NCBI GenBank assembly: GCA_032718475.1
Contig: JAUCBJ010003679.1
Coordinates: 1-63,111, forward strand
Length of the DNA: 63,111 nucleotides
Source of the DNA: Nemertoderma westbladi
Taxonomy: Eukaryota; Animalia; Xenacoelomorpha
Reading direction: 5' to 3'
Part shown: positions 38,516 through 51,632 of the stretch, one piece after another
Layout: the number at the start of each line of letters is the position of its first letter
Position numbering within the stretch: position 1 is the first letter of the stretch
Position numbers and translations under genes: made by a program
The notes under the pieces: model-generated
Databases searched by the model: none
What the model was told of the DNA's origin: nothing
The model's input: only the letters and a program-made list of their open reading frames with translations

Positions 38516-41500
38516 TTAGACCCCATTTGGTACCATCTTCGTTGACTTATCTTGTAATGTTTCTTTTTGAATAGGTTTAGCAGTTGTGTTCGACGCTCCA
38601 GTTGTCTCAGACAGAGTAACAATCTGTTTCTTTGCGGCAATCGCGTGAATTACACCGTCGGTACGCAATCTAAATCGGTGTGCGTTCGTTGTATCGGATT
38701 CAATCCGTGGAGAGATATCCTTTACAACCGATGCGATATTCGTAATATCTGAAACAATAATTAATTAGAATAGTTAATTTATAAAATAAAAAATCTCTAG
38801 GGGAAAATCGACGCAACAGCTGATTACTCCAAAAAATTAAAATTGTATCCAGTGCTATTGAATTTCACGTATTAAGGCAACAATAAACAGCGCAAATATC
38901 TTAAACTTCATGATTTGAGAAATAAAGATTCTAAAAAACAGCTGACGTTTCGATTTATTTCGAAAGTTTCTGTTTTTTAGAATCTTTATTTCTCAAATCA
39001 TGAAGTTTAAGATATTTGCGCTGTTTATAATAAATAAAATAAGCTTATAATAGCCTTAATAAGCTTCAGGTTCCCAGCAACTCAAACTCTATCATTTCAC
39101 GTATTGTTTTGGTTTAGAATAACGTGCAACCCTTTCCCTTAATTTATAATTTAACATTGAGACGAGATATTAATTCGCCGAGATGGAATTTGCCTCAAGT
39201 AATAAACAAGCAAACAACCAATAAACAACCAATAAACAAGCAAATCTCATATTAATATCTAGGCCTGCAGCTACTCGTATAATTGTCACAGAGATACTCA
39301 CCTCCATACTTGGCGATCTTCCCGTTACGTCTCCAGCGAATCGCGTAGGGTAGTTTCCCCCACGGCAACACAATATCCGATTGCACAGTAAAACACCTTG
39401 TAGTTGATTTCTCCAACACTTTAAGCTCGCCTTTCAAAGTCGTATGAGGCGCAACCTAGAGGTCAACGAATATTAGGATAGGGGATTATTGTTTTGGTTC
39501 GTGACATGACACTGCAACATATTATGTGACCATGTACTGGCACCAGAGAAAATAATGCTGAACGCATGACGACGAGTTATTTATTACTACCAATTTGTAC
39601 TTACAATGGCTGAATTCTTTGTACTTACATTTAAGAATTATCCCATTCTATAGTAACTTACCGTTACAGGCTGCTCGATTCCCCACACTATAGTAACTTA
39701 CCGTTACAGGCTGCTCGATTCCCCACACTATAGTAACTTACCGTTACAGGCTGCTCGATTCCCCACTCTATAGTAACTTACCGTTACAGGCTGCTCGATT
39801 CCCCACTCTATAGTAACTTACCGTTACAGGCTGCTCGATTCCCCACACTATAGTAACTTACCGTTACAGGCTGCTCGATTCCCCACTCTATAGTAACTTA
39901 CCGTTACAGGCTGCTCGATTCCCCATCTATAGTAACTTACCGTTACAGGCTGCTCGATTCCCCACACTATAGTAACTTACCGTTACAGGCTGCTCGATTC
40001 CCCACACTATAGTAACTTACCGTTACAGGCTGCTCGATTCCCCACTCTATAGTAACTTACCGTTACAGGCTGCTCGATTCCCCACACTATAGTAACTTAC
40101 CGTTACAGGCTGCTCGATTCCCCACTCTATAGTAACTTACCGTTACAGGCTGCTCGATTCCCCACTCTATAGTAACTTACCGTTACAGGCTGCTCGATTC
40201 CCCACTCTATAGTAACTTACCGTTACAGGCTGCTCGATTCCCCACACTATAGTAACTTACCGTTACAGGCTGCTCGATTCCCCACACTATAGTAACTTAC
40301 CGTTACAGGCTGCTCGATTCCCCACACTATAGTAACTTACCGTTACAGGCTGCTCGATTCCCCACACTATAGTAACTTACCGTTACAGGCTGCTCGATTC
40401 CCCACTCTATAGTAACTTACCGTTACAGGCTGCTCGATTCCCCACTCTATAGTAACTTACCGTTACAGGCTGCTCGATTCCCCACACTATAGTAACTTAC
40501 CGTTACAGGCTGCTCGATTCCCCACTACTATAGTAACTTACCGTTACAGGCTGCTCGATTCCCCACACTATAGTAACTTACCGTTACAGGCTGCTCGATT
40601 CCCCACTCTATAGTAACTTACCGTTACAGGCTGCTCGATTCCCCACACTATAGTAACTTACCGTTACAGGCTGCTCGATTCCCCACTACTATAGTAACTT
40701 ACCGTTACAGGCTGCTCGATTCCCCACACTATAGTAACTTACCGTTACAGGCTGCTCGATTCCCCACTCTATAGTAACTTACCGTTACAGGCTGCTCGAT
40801 TCCCCACTCTATAGTAACTTACCGTTACAGGCTGCTCGATTCCCCACACTATAGTAACTTACCGTTACAGGCTGCTCGATTCCCCACTCTATAGTAACTT
40901 ACCGTTACAGGCTGCTCGATTCCCCACACTATAGTAACTTACCGTTACAGGCTGCTCGATTCCCCACTCTATAGTAACTTACCGTTACAGGCTACTCGAT
41001 TCCCCACACTATAGTAACTTACCGTTACAGGCTGCTCGATTCCCAATTATATAGTAACTTACCGTTACAGGCTGCTCGATTCCCCACTACTATAGTAACT
41101 TACCGTTACAGGCTGCTCGATTCCCCACTCTATAGTAACTTACCGTTACAGGCTGCTCGATTCCCCACTACTATAGTAACTTACCGTTACAGGCTGCTCG
41201 ATTCCCCACTCTATAGTAACTTACCGTTACAGGCTGCTCGATTCCCCACTCTATAGTAACTTACCGTTACAGGCTGCTCGATTCCCCACACTATAGTAAC
41301 TTACCGTTACAGGCTGCTCGATTCCCCATTATATAGTAACTTACCGTTACAGGCTGCTCGATTCCCCATTATATAGTAACTTACCGTTATAGTCTGCTCG
41401 ATTCCCCACTCTATAGTAACTTACCGTTACAGGCTACTCGATTCCCCACACTATAGTAACTTACCGTTACAGGCTGCTCGATTCCCAATTATATAGTAAC

Positions 41501-44500
41501 TTACCGTTACAGGCTGCTCGATTCCCCACACTATAGTAACTTACCGTTACAGGCTGCTCGATTCCCCACACTATAGTAACTTACCGTTACAGGCTGCTCG
41601 ATTCCCCATTCTATAGTAACTTACCGTTACAGGCTGCTCGATTCCCCATTAGATAGTAACTTACCGTTACAGGCTGCTCGATTCCCCACACTATAGTAAC
41701 TTACCGTTACAGGGTGCTCGATTCCCCACACTATAGTAACTTACCGTTACAGGCTGCTCGATTCCCCATTCTATAGTAACTTACCGTTACAGGCTGCTCG
41801 ATTCCCCATTATATAGTAACTTACCGTTACAGGCTGCTCGATTCCCCACACTATAGTAACTTACCGTTACAGGCTGCTCGATTCCACACACTATAGTAAC
41901 TTACCGTTACAGGCTGCTCGATTCCCCACACTATAGTAACTTACCGTTACAGGCTGCTCGATTCCCCACACTATAGTAACTTACCGTTACAGGCTGCTCG
42001 ATTCCCCACACTATAGTAACTTACCGTTACAGGCTGCTCGATTCCACACACTATAGTAACTTACCGTTACAGGCTGCTCGATTCCCCACACTATAGTAAC
42101 TTACCGTTACAGGCTGCTCGATTCCCCACACTATAGTAACTTACCGTTACAGGCTGCTCGATTCCCCACACTATAGTAACTTACCGTTACAGGCTGCTCG
42201 ATTCCCCACACTATAGTAACTTACCGTTACAGGCTGCTCGATTCCCCACACTATAGTAACTTACCGTTACAGGCTGCTCGATTCCCCACACTATAGTAAC
42301 TTACCGTTACAGGCTGCTCGATTCCCCACACTATAGTAACTTACCGTTACAGGCTGCTCGATTCCCCACACTATAGTAACTTACCGTTACAGGCTGCTCG
42401 ATTCCACACACTATAGTAACTTACCGTTACAGGCTGCTCGATTCCCCACACTATAGTAACTTACCGTTACAGGCTGCTCGATTCCCCACACTATAGTAAC
42501 TTACCGTTACAGGCTGCTCGATTCCCCACTCTATAGTAACTTACAGTTACAGGCTGCTCGATTCCCCATTATATAGTAACTTACCGTTACAGGCTGCTCG
42601 ATTCCCCATTATATAGTAACTTACCGCAACAGGCTGCTCGATTCCCCACACTATAGTAACTTACCGTTACAGGCTGCTCGATTCCCCACATTATAGTAAC
42701 TTACCGTTACAGGCTGCTCGATTCCCCATTATATAGTAACTTACCGTTACAGGCTGCTCGATTCCCCACTCTATAGTAACTTACAGTTACAGGCTGCTCG
42801 ATTCCCCATTCTATAGTAACTTACCGTTACAGGCTGCTCGATTCCCCACACTATAGTAACTTACCGTTACAGGCTGTTCGATTCCCCACTCTATAGTAAC
42901 TTACCGTTACAGGCTGCTCGATTCCCCACTCTATAGTAACTTACCGTTACAGGCTGTTCGATTCCCCACTCTATAGTAACTTACCGTTACAGGCTGCTCG
43001 ATTCCCCACACTATAGTAACCTACCGTTACAGGCTGCTCGATTCCCCACTGTATAGTAACTTACCGTTACAGGCTGCTCGATTCCCCACACTATAGTAAC
43101 TTACCGTTACAGGCTGCTCGATTCCCCACTCTATAGTAACTTACCGTTATAGTCTGCTCGATTCCCCACTCTATAGTAACTTACCGTTACAGGCTACTCG
43201 ATTCCCCACACTATAGTAACTTACCGTTACAGGCTGCTCGATTCCCAATTATATAGTAACTTACCGTTACAGGCTGCTCGATTCCCCACACTATAGTAAC
43301 TTACCGTTACAGGGTGTTCGATTCCCCACTCTATAGTAACTTACCGTTACAGGCTACTCGATTCCCCACACTATAGTAACTTACCGTTACAGGCTGCTCG
43401 ATTCCCAATTATATAGTAACTTACCGTTACAGGCTGCTCGATTCCCAATTATATAGTAACTTACCGTTACAGGCTGCTCGATTCCCAATTATATAGTAAC
43501 TTACCGTTACAGGCTGCTCGATTCCCCATTAGATAGTAACTTACCGTTACAGGCTGCTCGATTCCCCATTATATAGTAACTTACCGTTATAGTCTGCTCG
43601 ATTCCCCACTCTATAGTAACTTACCGTTACAGGCTACTCGATTCCCCACACTATAGTAACTTACCGTTACAGGCTGCTCGATTCCCAATTATATAGTAAC
43701 TTACCGTTACAGGCTGCTCGATTCCCCACACTATAGTAACTTACCGTTACAGGCTGCTCGATTCCCCACACTATAGTAACTTACCGTTACAGGCTGCTCG
43801 ATTCCCCATTCTATAGTAACTTACCGTTACAGGCTGCTCGATTCCCCATTAGATAGTAACTTACCGTTACAGGCTGCTCGATTCCCCACACTATAGTAAC
43901 TTACCGTTACAGGGTGCTCGATTCCCCACACTATAGTAACTTACCGTTACAGGCTGCTCGATTCCCCATTCTATAGTAACTTACCGTTACAGGCTGCTCG
44001 ATTCCCCATTATATAGTAACTTACCGTTACAGGCTGCTCGATTCCCCACACTATAGTAACTTACCGTTACAGGCTGCTCGATTCCACACACTATAGTAAC
44101 TTACCGTTACAGGCTGCTCGATTCCCCACACTATAGTAACTTACCGTTACAGGCTGCTCGATTCCCCACACTATAGTAACTTACCGTTACAGGCTGCTCG
44201 ATTCCCCACACTATAGTAACTTACCGTTACAGGCTGCTCGATTCCACACACTATAGTAACTTACCGTTACAGGCTGCTCGATTCCCCACACTATAGTAAC
44301 TTACCGTTACAGGCTGCTCGATTCCCCACACTATAGTAACTTACCGTTACAGGCTGCTCGATTCCCCACACTATAGTAACTTACCGTTACAGGCTGCTCG
44401 ATTCCCCACACTATAGTAACTTACCGTTACAGGCTGCTCGATTCCCCACACTATAGTAACTTACCGTTACAGGCTGCTCGATTCCCCACACTATAGTAAC

Positions 44501-47494
44501 TTACCGTTACAGGCTGCTCGATTCCCCACACTATAGTAACTTACCGTTACAGGCTGCTCGATTCCCCACACTATAGTAACTTACCGTTACAGGCTGCTCG
44601 ATTCCACACACTATAGTAACTTACCGTTACAGGCTGCTCGATTCCCCACACTATAGTAACTTACCGTTACAGGCTGCTCGATTCCCCACACTATAGTAAC
44701 TTACCGTTACAGGCTGCTCGATTCCCCACTCTATAGTAACTTACAGTTACAGGCTGCTCGATTCCCCATTATATAGTAACTTACCGTTACAGGCTGCTCG
44801 ATTCCCCATTATATAGTAACTTACCGCAACAGGCTGCTCGATTCCCCACACTATAGTAACTTACCGTTACAGGCTGCTCGATTCCCCACATTATAGTAAC
44901 TTACCGTTACAGGCTGCTCGATTCCCCATTATATAGTAACTTACCGTTACAGGCTGCTCGATTCCCCACTCTATAGTAACTTACAGTTACAGGCTGCTCG
45001 ATTCCCCATTCTATAGTAACTTACCGTTACAGGCTGCTCGATTCCCCACACTATAGTAACTTACCGTTACAGGCTGTTCGATTCCCCACTCTATAGTAAC
45101 TTACCGTTACAGGCTGCTCGATTCCCCACTCTATAGTAACTTACCGTTACAGGCTGTTCGATTCCCCACTCTATAGTAACTTACCGTTACAGGCTGCTCG
45201 ATTCCCCACACTATAGTAACCTACCGTTACAGGCTGCTCGATTCCCCACTGTATAGTAACTTACCGTTACAGGCTGCTCGATTCCCCACACTATAGTAAC
45301 TTACCGTTACAGGCTGCTCGATTCCCCACTGTGTAGTAACTTACCGTTACAGGCTGCTCGATTCCCCACACTATAGTAACTTACCGTTACAGGCTGCTCG
45401 ATTCCCCACACTATAGTAACTTACCGTTACAGGCTGCTCGATTCCCCACGTTACTGTCTCTTGGAGTGTTTCGCTTCTATTATTGGTCCGCTCGTGACCA
45501 ATCGCAACGGATGCGCTCGTAGTAACTTCCCCATTGGCTAACAGACTACTCAGCCCAACTTTAGCTTCACCTCCAAACTGTAAAATTATTAATTAGTTAA
45601 TAATAATAAGTTCCAATAATATAAGATACGTTAGACGACAGTCTCTGAACACTTCTGAGGAACTATGGAACTATCTGTTTCGTTCTCCAAACTGAAACTA
45701 TTTCAATGCACATTATTATTAGTTTCAGATGAGTAAGAGTTGATATTTCTGTTTGAGACACCAAGCTCAACAGATAGCACAAATTTTGCACAAAATTTAG
45801 GTTCAGTAAGTGAAAACTAATAATAGGCCTATCAATTAAAAAGTATATTTTTGTCATGGTTGTCTGAGTCTGTAACTAAAATGGTTTTCGTTGGAACACA
45901 GCTTAGCAAAAATACCTATTACTGTATTGATAATAGAGATAGATAATCTAGTCAGAATTTCTCCGAGCAACATTAAGTTAGCAGCTACGATTTTAATGTA
46001 TTTACCTGTCCCTTGATAGTCCATCCTTTGGATATACTGATTTCATATGTAGATGTTGTTGTCCTCTCTGCTCTGAATGAATACTGTCTGTGTTCGGCGG
46101 TATTATTATCAAACGTTGTCTCAAACAAAGATACATGTTGGGGCGGAGAGAAATTCAACGGCGCTGTATCTGAGATGAAATCACATACTATTATTTAATA
46201 TAATAACACAAAATTTCAACTTTTAATTTAAAAAAGTTAATAACTGAATGTTTAAAAATTGGCGTTTAAAAATGAAAATAGCCTTTTGAAAAAATTGAGT
46301 ATTCAGTAGGCCTATTTCGCTTGTAATTTGTCATTTATCATATGTCCAAATCCTTTGTCGCTAATTGTTGCCTCCAACATTAAATATAATTTCATTATAT
46401 ATACCGAATTTAATATTATCGACTTTTATTAAATAAAAAAAACAATAACCCATCTTAAAGGTTTTAAGGAAAGCAGGTTACTCAGGAAGTTTTGCATGCT
46501 TTATGAAAAACAAATAACCAACCCCATAATGTGATCATGATATACAATAAAATGTTATTTTTCGTGAGAACTCCCTGAATCTGAATCACAAGCATAATTA
46601 CCATTTTCTATTTCTGTATAGACTTAAATATTTCTGTATTAGGCCTGCATATTTCAGGTTATATTCATTCATAATCTAAGTATTTACAAACTAATAATCA
46701 GAAATTAACTCAAAATGAAACAAGTTATGATAAACTGCTACTGGAAACAAAAAGGCTGAATAATAAATATCAATAAAGAAAAAAACAGTAAATAAAAAAA
46801 AAACAGTGTAACAAATGCAGGACAGTAGCCTAACTACTACAACTTACAGTGCTAATCTTTACAATAGAACTACGGTAAATCCTACAGTTGTTACAGTAAA
46901 ACTTACCTTGGTTATCACCAGTAGTCTCGTTTCTTTCTATAACTTTATGAGTGACCCTCGCGTAGGTCCAATTAATATCGACATAGTAATTAGATTTCCT
47001 GGCAATAAATCCGTCCCTCCAAGAAACCTCTGGATCAAAGTAACGTTCTAGAATGTGATTGGCCAGTAGTTGGTCAACATTCAATATAGACTCATCGGCG
47101 GCATGTTTGCTAGACTTTGAATTTAGTAAACCCTGCAAAATATGTAAAATACACTTATAATGTCAAACTATGTAGAGCAAAATTCATTAGAATTTTCACA
47201 AAGTGTCTTAAAGTTAAAATATTCACTTAAAATTATCCATAAAGTTAATCACGTAACAAAATGCTTGTCAGTTAATCAGTAACACAGTAGAATTCATACT
47301 GATACATATTTATGACAACTACTGTACATTATTATAGAGAATAATCTGATAAAAATTAAAATAATATAAATACAATAATTTAGAATTTACATAAGATTAA
47401 AATATAAATATGGACAATGCTTTATAACAAATAAAAGTCTTATATAAGTAATAAATTTACCGTTTAATTTAATATAATTATTGTTACTTACCAT
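38516..47494 (-). CDS. Aerolysin-type / ETX-MTX2 (LIN-24-like) beta-pore-forming protein, 310 aa, 6 coding exons
   Basis: Exons 47494-47492 (ATG only), 47132-46907, 46169-46006, 45577-45425, 39455-39302, 38748-38516. All introns GT-AG with phases 0,1,0,0,1; total 933 nt. Protein motifs LFETTFDNNTAEHRQYSFRAERTTTSTYEISISKGWTI, amphipathic hairpin FGGEAKVGL...SASVAIG, and ETVTWGIEQPVTVAPHTTLKGELKVLE match the ETX/MTX2 pattern. Confidence 0.85.
38883..39028. repeat. Palindromic foldback element in last intron of the pore-forming gene
   Basis: About 59-bp perfect inverted arms ATAAACAGCGCAAATATC...TCTAAAAAACAG / CTGTTTTTTAGA...GCGCTGTTTAT. Confidence 0.85.
39641..45449. repeat. 40-bp tandem array (about 145 copies) built from exon-4 3' end plus splice donor
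   Basis: Gene-strand unit TGGGGAATCGAGCAGCCTGTAACG|GTAAGTTACTATAGTG. The first copy is the coding WGIEQPVT plus the real donor. Confidence 0.97.
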
Positions 47495-49796
47495 ATCTTC
47501 ATATATTTATTTCGTAGAATATAAGAATTAATTGCTTCAAATAGATTTGTAAGTTATATTAATTTACCACTCTCTCAGTAATAATTGTCAAAATACCTGC
47601 TTGTAAACCTTCAAAAAATATTACTGTAATAGCGAAATATTGTTCAAAAACTTAAAATGATATCTTTCTCAGATGTGTAACCACTTTATAAAGTATCATA
47701 GAATATATAAGTCTTATTATTAAAGGGGTAAGTTTTAAGTTTTTGTAAAACATGTTGAAGGCAGGCCCACCATTTGATGCATACTGAGTGGCAGAAAGTA
47801 CCTAGGCAAGACAATGGGATGTCAAAGAGAGCCTTGGAGAGTGGCCCACAAAACGATCTCTGTAACTAGTAGCTGTAGCTTTGGACCCAGATGGGGCCTT
47901 TTTATATACTATGGGGGTTTCCGTGTTGCTGAAAGGAACGTACTTCTTTCTACAAGTGGATTCCTACTTGTAGTGTACAGGAAAAACCCAAGTCAACATT
48001 TTGCGCAGAAAATAAAATAAAACCTAAACTTATAAATCTGGAACAATATAGACTTCACCATGAATTTCAAACCGCCTAATAAAATATATACAACATGCTG
48101 GGAATCCTGGTACAGGATGGCCAGCACTGTGTAGTGCAATACCAGAAAATGATAAATCCCAGAGAAACGACATACACACCACCGCGCTCAGACCATACAA
48201 TTTGTGTTTACCACCTTAAATTCCTAAAATTTTCGTAAAGATATCAATATTAACGTCAACAAAACTGCCAACTCTATAGAAAGTTAGCAAGGAAGCCACT
48301 GGTTTGGCTGTCATAAATTGTAGTTTGCCAAGACATAGTTTTTAAGACTGCCTAAAAAGGCACAGCAATTTGTGCAGCTTGAATAGTCGGCACTCATGGA
48401 AACAATTATTATCCGCCCCGCCTCCCTGTCAACTCGCCAACACTCTCTAGCTTTGTTTCCTTGGGAAGCAGACAGGCATATAATTGGTTATCCCCTTGAT
48501 GGTCGACGGCTCGAGGTGGCCAATAGATCTGAGAAGTTGTTGGATTGGGTGATACCTGAGGGTGGCCACCAGAATGAGAGGATGTTATACAGGTCGATCA
48601 GTCCTTGGTCGCAGCGGTGTCTGCAGGGTGATGCTCGTTTCTGAACTGACCTCCAGGTCATCCTTACAACGAAGTTGGTGTACTGCAGTTTCTACCGGCT
48701 CATTTGGCATTTATTATCACATCATCGGCTATTTTGTATTTTTCATTCAATGGGAATTCGACACTAAACTGGACACGATTAAAAACTTTTAGTCAAAATA
48801 CATTGGCGAATCCCACCGCTCCTTACACACTCCTGACCTTCAGATATACGCCAGGTAAGAGTGTCAGACTTCCGACCTGAAGGTCACCAGTTCGATACCA
48901 CCTTGATCAATTTTGAAAAAATAAAAAATAAAATTTTGAAAAAAAAATCTGTTTTAATGATATTTCCCCTTGTGTCACCATTAGCGCTTCCAAATTCTGA
49001 GAACTGATAGTAAATACAGCCTAGGAAGTCCCTCGCCCTCGAAGTATTAAAAAAAACTAATAACAAACTATAAGTATAATAATAAATTAATTAACGAGGT
49101 AGTTTATTTATCGACCTTCAGACAATGAATGATACAGTTTTTAATACTGGCACAATGCAACATGTTGTAAAAAATTAAAACTCTACACATTTCATCATTA
49201 CAGTGAAAATGAAACGAAATAAAAAAAGAGGCCTGTTTCAAATGCATAATAAATGAAAATTAACAAGATAGCCCAATAATTAATTAACATCGTAATTAAC
49301 AATAATACACAACAAATTAACAACAAAGGTTATTGATCGGAAATCTTATGATCCCATGCCCGGTACCTAATGTCTCATGGTGAATCATTCTCTATTACAC
49401 CAATGATCCACTGGTAGTCATCATAAGTCTTGTTAAAATAAATATAAAATGAGTCTGACATGTAAACGAACACCATTTTATGACGGATTTGTGAGGTAGG
49501 TCAACAAAAGATGGAACATGGACATGATCACTTTCGAGACCCATGGGTCGTAATTTACAACTTACGAAACACGGCAACTGAAACATAAAAGTTTAAGGTC
49601 TGATGATTGACGATTTTATGAATTCATCATAATCTAGGCACAAACCGGGAGCATTGTTCTGTTACTAATTAATATTTATTAGATGAGCCAGAAGTTTCTC
49701 TAAAAATCACACTGTGATTCCGTGATCAAAGCTATGCATATTAAATGCAACGCACAATGACAATTATTAATTATATAAGAGGTTAGTATAATGTAT

Positions 49797-50423
49797 CAGG
49801 GACAGGATATAAACGATACGAAGTAGGATTTTCGTATTTCACATCTTCGCATCCAAATTCGTATATGTACATATTTACTTTTCGTATTTCGTATCGAATT
49901 TTTTATTTTTTTATTTTTCCGGAATATAAATAGACTGAAATGTAGCGAAAAACCCCCATAATCCATACCAGCAGTACAGCTGCATGTATACAATGGGAAT
50001 GTGCTGACATGGTAATGTTTAGGCCTATTATTAGGTCCTGTATTGCATAAAGTAGCCAGTCTAGTCGCACTGTTGCCCTCCTAACAAGCAAAGTAAAATG
50101 TTGAGGGCTTTATTTATAGTATTTTTTTTATATTAGGTATTTTATTTAGAATTAGAATATACTGGAACATTGAAATTAAAAAATATTTGTCTCAAGATTT
50201 AAATGATTTTCTAAGTTTAATACAAATTAAATACATTTTTTAATCAACTCTTATCAAATATAATACGAAAAAAATACGAAACATTTTCGTATTTCGTGTC
50301 GTATAGCTTGGATTTTTCTATTGTATGGTATTTTCTAAAAATCAGATTCGTATCGTATCGTATCGTATCGTATCGTATCGTATCGTATCGTATCGTATCG
50401 TATCGTATCGTATCATGCACCTG
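49797..50423. mobile_element. Possible MITE containing (CGTAT)n microsatellite
   Basis: Imperfect TIR CAGGGACAGGATATAAACGATACG ... CGTATCGTATCATGCACCTG. (CGTAT) about 13 copies at 50349-50414. No clear TSD. Confidence 0.45.
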
Positions 50424-51632
50424 ATCCGACACAATAAATATAGTCATAGAAATACAGAAAAATATGAGTACAATGACATTGTAAGCAATGGGCATGAATA
50501 ATTCTATGTAACAAAAAAATAATTAGTCATTAATAATACTCAACAACTTCTACCTTATATAACTAAAAAAGTCGAGTTAAATAGCCTATATTATTTTAAT
50601 CAATAATTCAAATAAATAATAAAATAATATGATAGTAGGTAATTAAGTAACTGTGGATATATACCGGTAAATTATTAAGTGCATAGAATAAATATTGCAT
50701 AGATGTGCACAGACATACCAATATTCAATGGTAATATAGAATGAGTTTGAAACAACCAAAAAATTTGAAAAATTATTAACTTAAAATATTATTCCGTTTA
50801 GTTCAGTTTCAGCAATGTCAGTTTCTTTCATGGTTATCTTTATATAGTCTGTTCCCAAACTACCTTCCGCAAGAGTAAACAAAAATTACAAGCACTAGAA
50901 CTGATGGTATACACTATATAGAGCCCCCATTAACTACAAATTATTCAACCAATCTGGATGACTCTAATTAAATACTGATTTCAGGAATAATAAAATACAC
51001 AATATCGAAATAATAACTATTTGATTTTTTTTTTACTATTTGAAAAGTTGCACGGAAAACAGTATGGAGTCGGTTTACTCGCCGAGCGCAGCGAGGCAAG
51101 TAAAATAGACGAGTACTTTTATCAACGTGATAGAAAATGTTTCATTTGGAAAAGTCGTCGATAGCGATGTTTGATATGCTGACAGCCACCTGTACAACAG
51201 CACAGAATACGAATATGAAACTAAAATTTGACAATAGCTGTTGTACCGGTACACTTGGTTCACATAATGTAATACTGTGGGCGTAAAAAAAAGTGTGAGC
51301 GGACAAAAAAGTTAAAGTTGATTTTTTTGACAAATTTTTGACGCTGTTGAAACTGACAGAGGAAATAAACGTTTCATATAATTACTTTATTTCACGCCGT
51401 GATATATAGCACCCCATACTAGCCCATTATTGAGTTTTGAGTTTACATTATTTCATGGCGTATGTAACGCCGCCTTGAAAATAAAGAAATATTACTCAAT
51501 TTTTTTGGTTTATGAGTCGCATAATGAAATAAATATTCACAGTGATTATCTGACAACATATGCCTGCAGCTGATATACCTGTGCGAGTTTGTTGACCATG
51601 ATAGTGACTTATTGTTTCGATTCCTCTGGTTA

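Noticed and set aside
38311-38752. ORFs 38311-38640 (-) and 38567-38752 (+)
   Set aside because: Alternative frames of the pore-former last exon; splice phase dictates the DITNIASVVK...VPNGV* frame.
48396-48792. Moderately GC-rich patch with short ORFs between the two genes
   Set aside because: No coherent splice or frame model; weak resemblance to a decayed LINE 3' end only.
50244-50495. ORF with DTIRY repeats
   Set aside because: Translation of the (CGTAT)n microsatellite.
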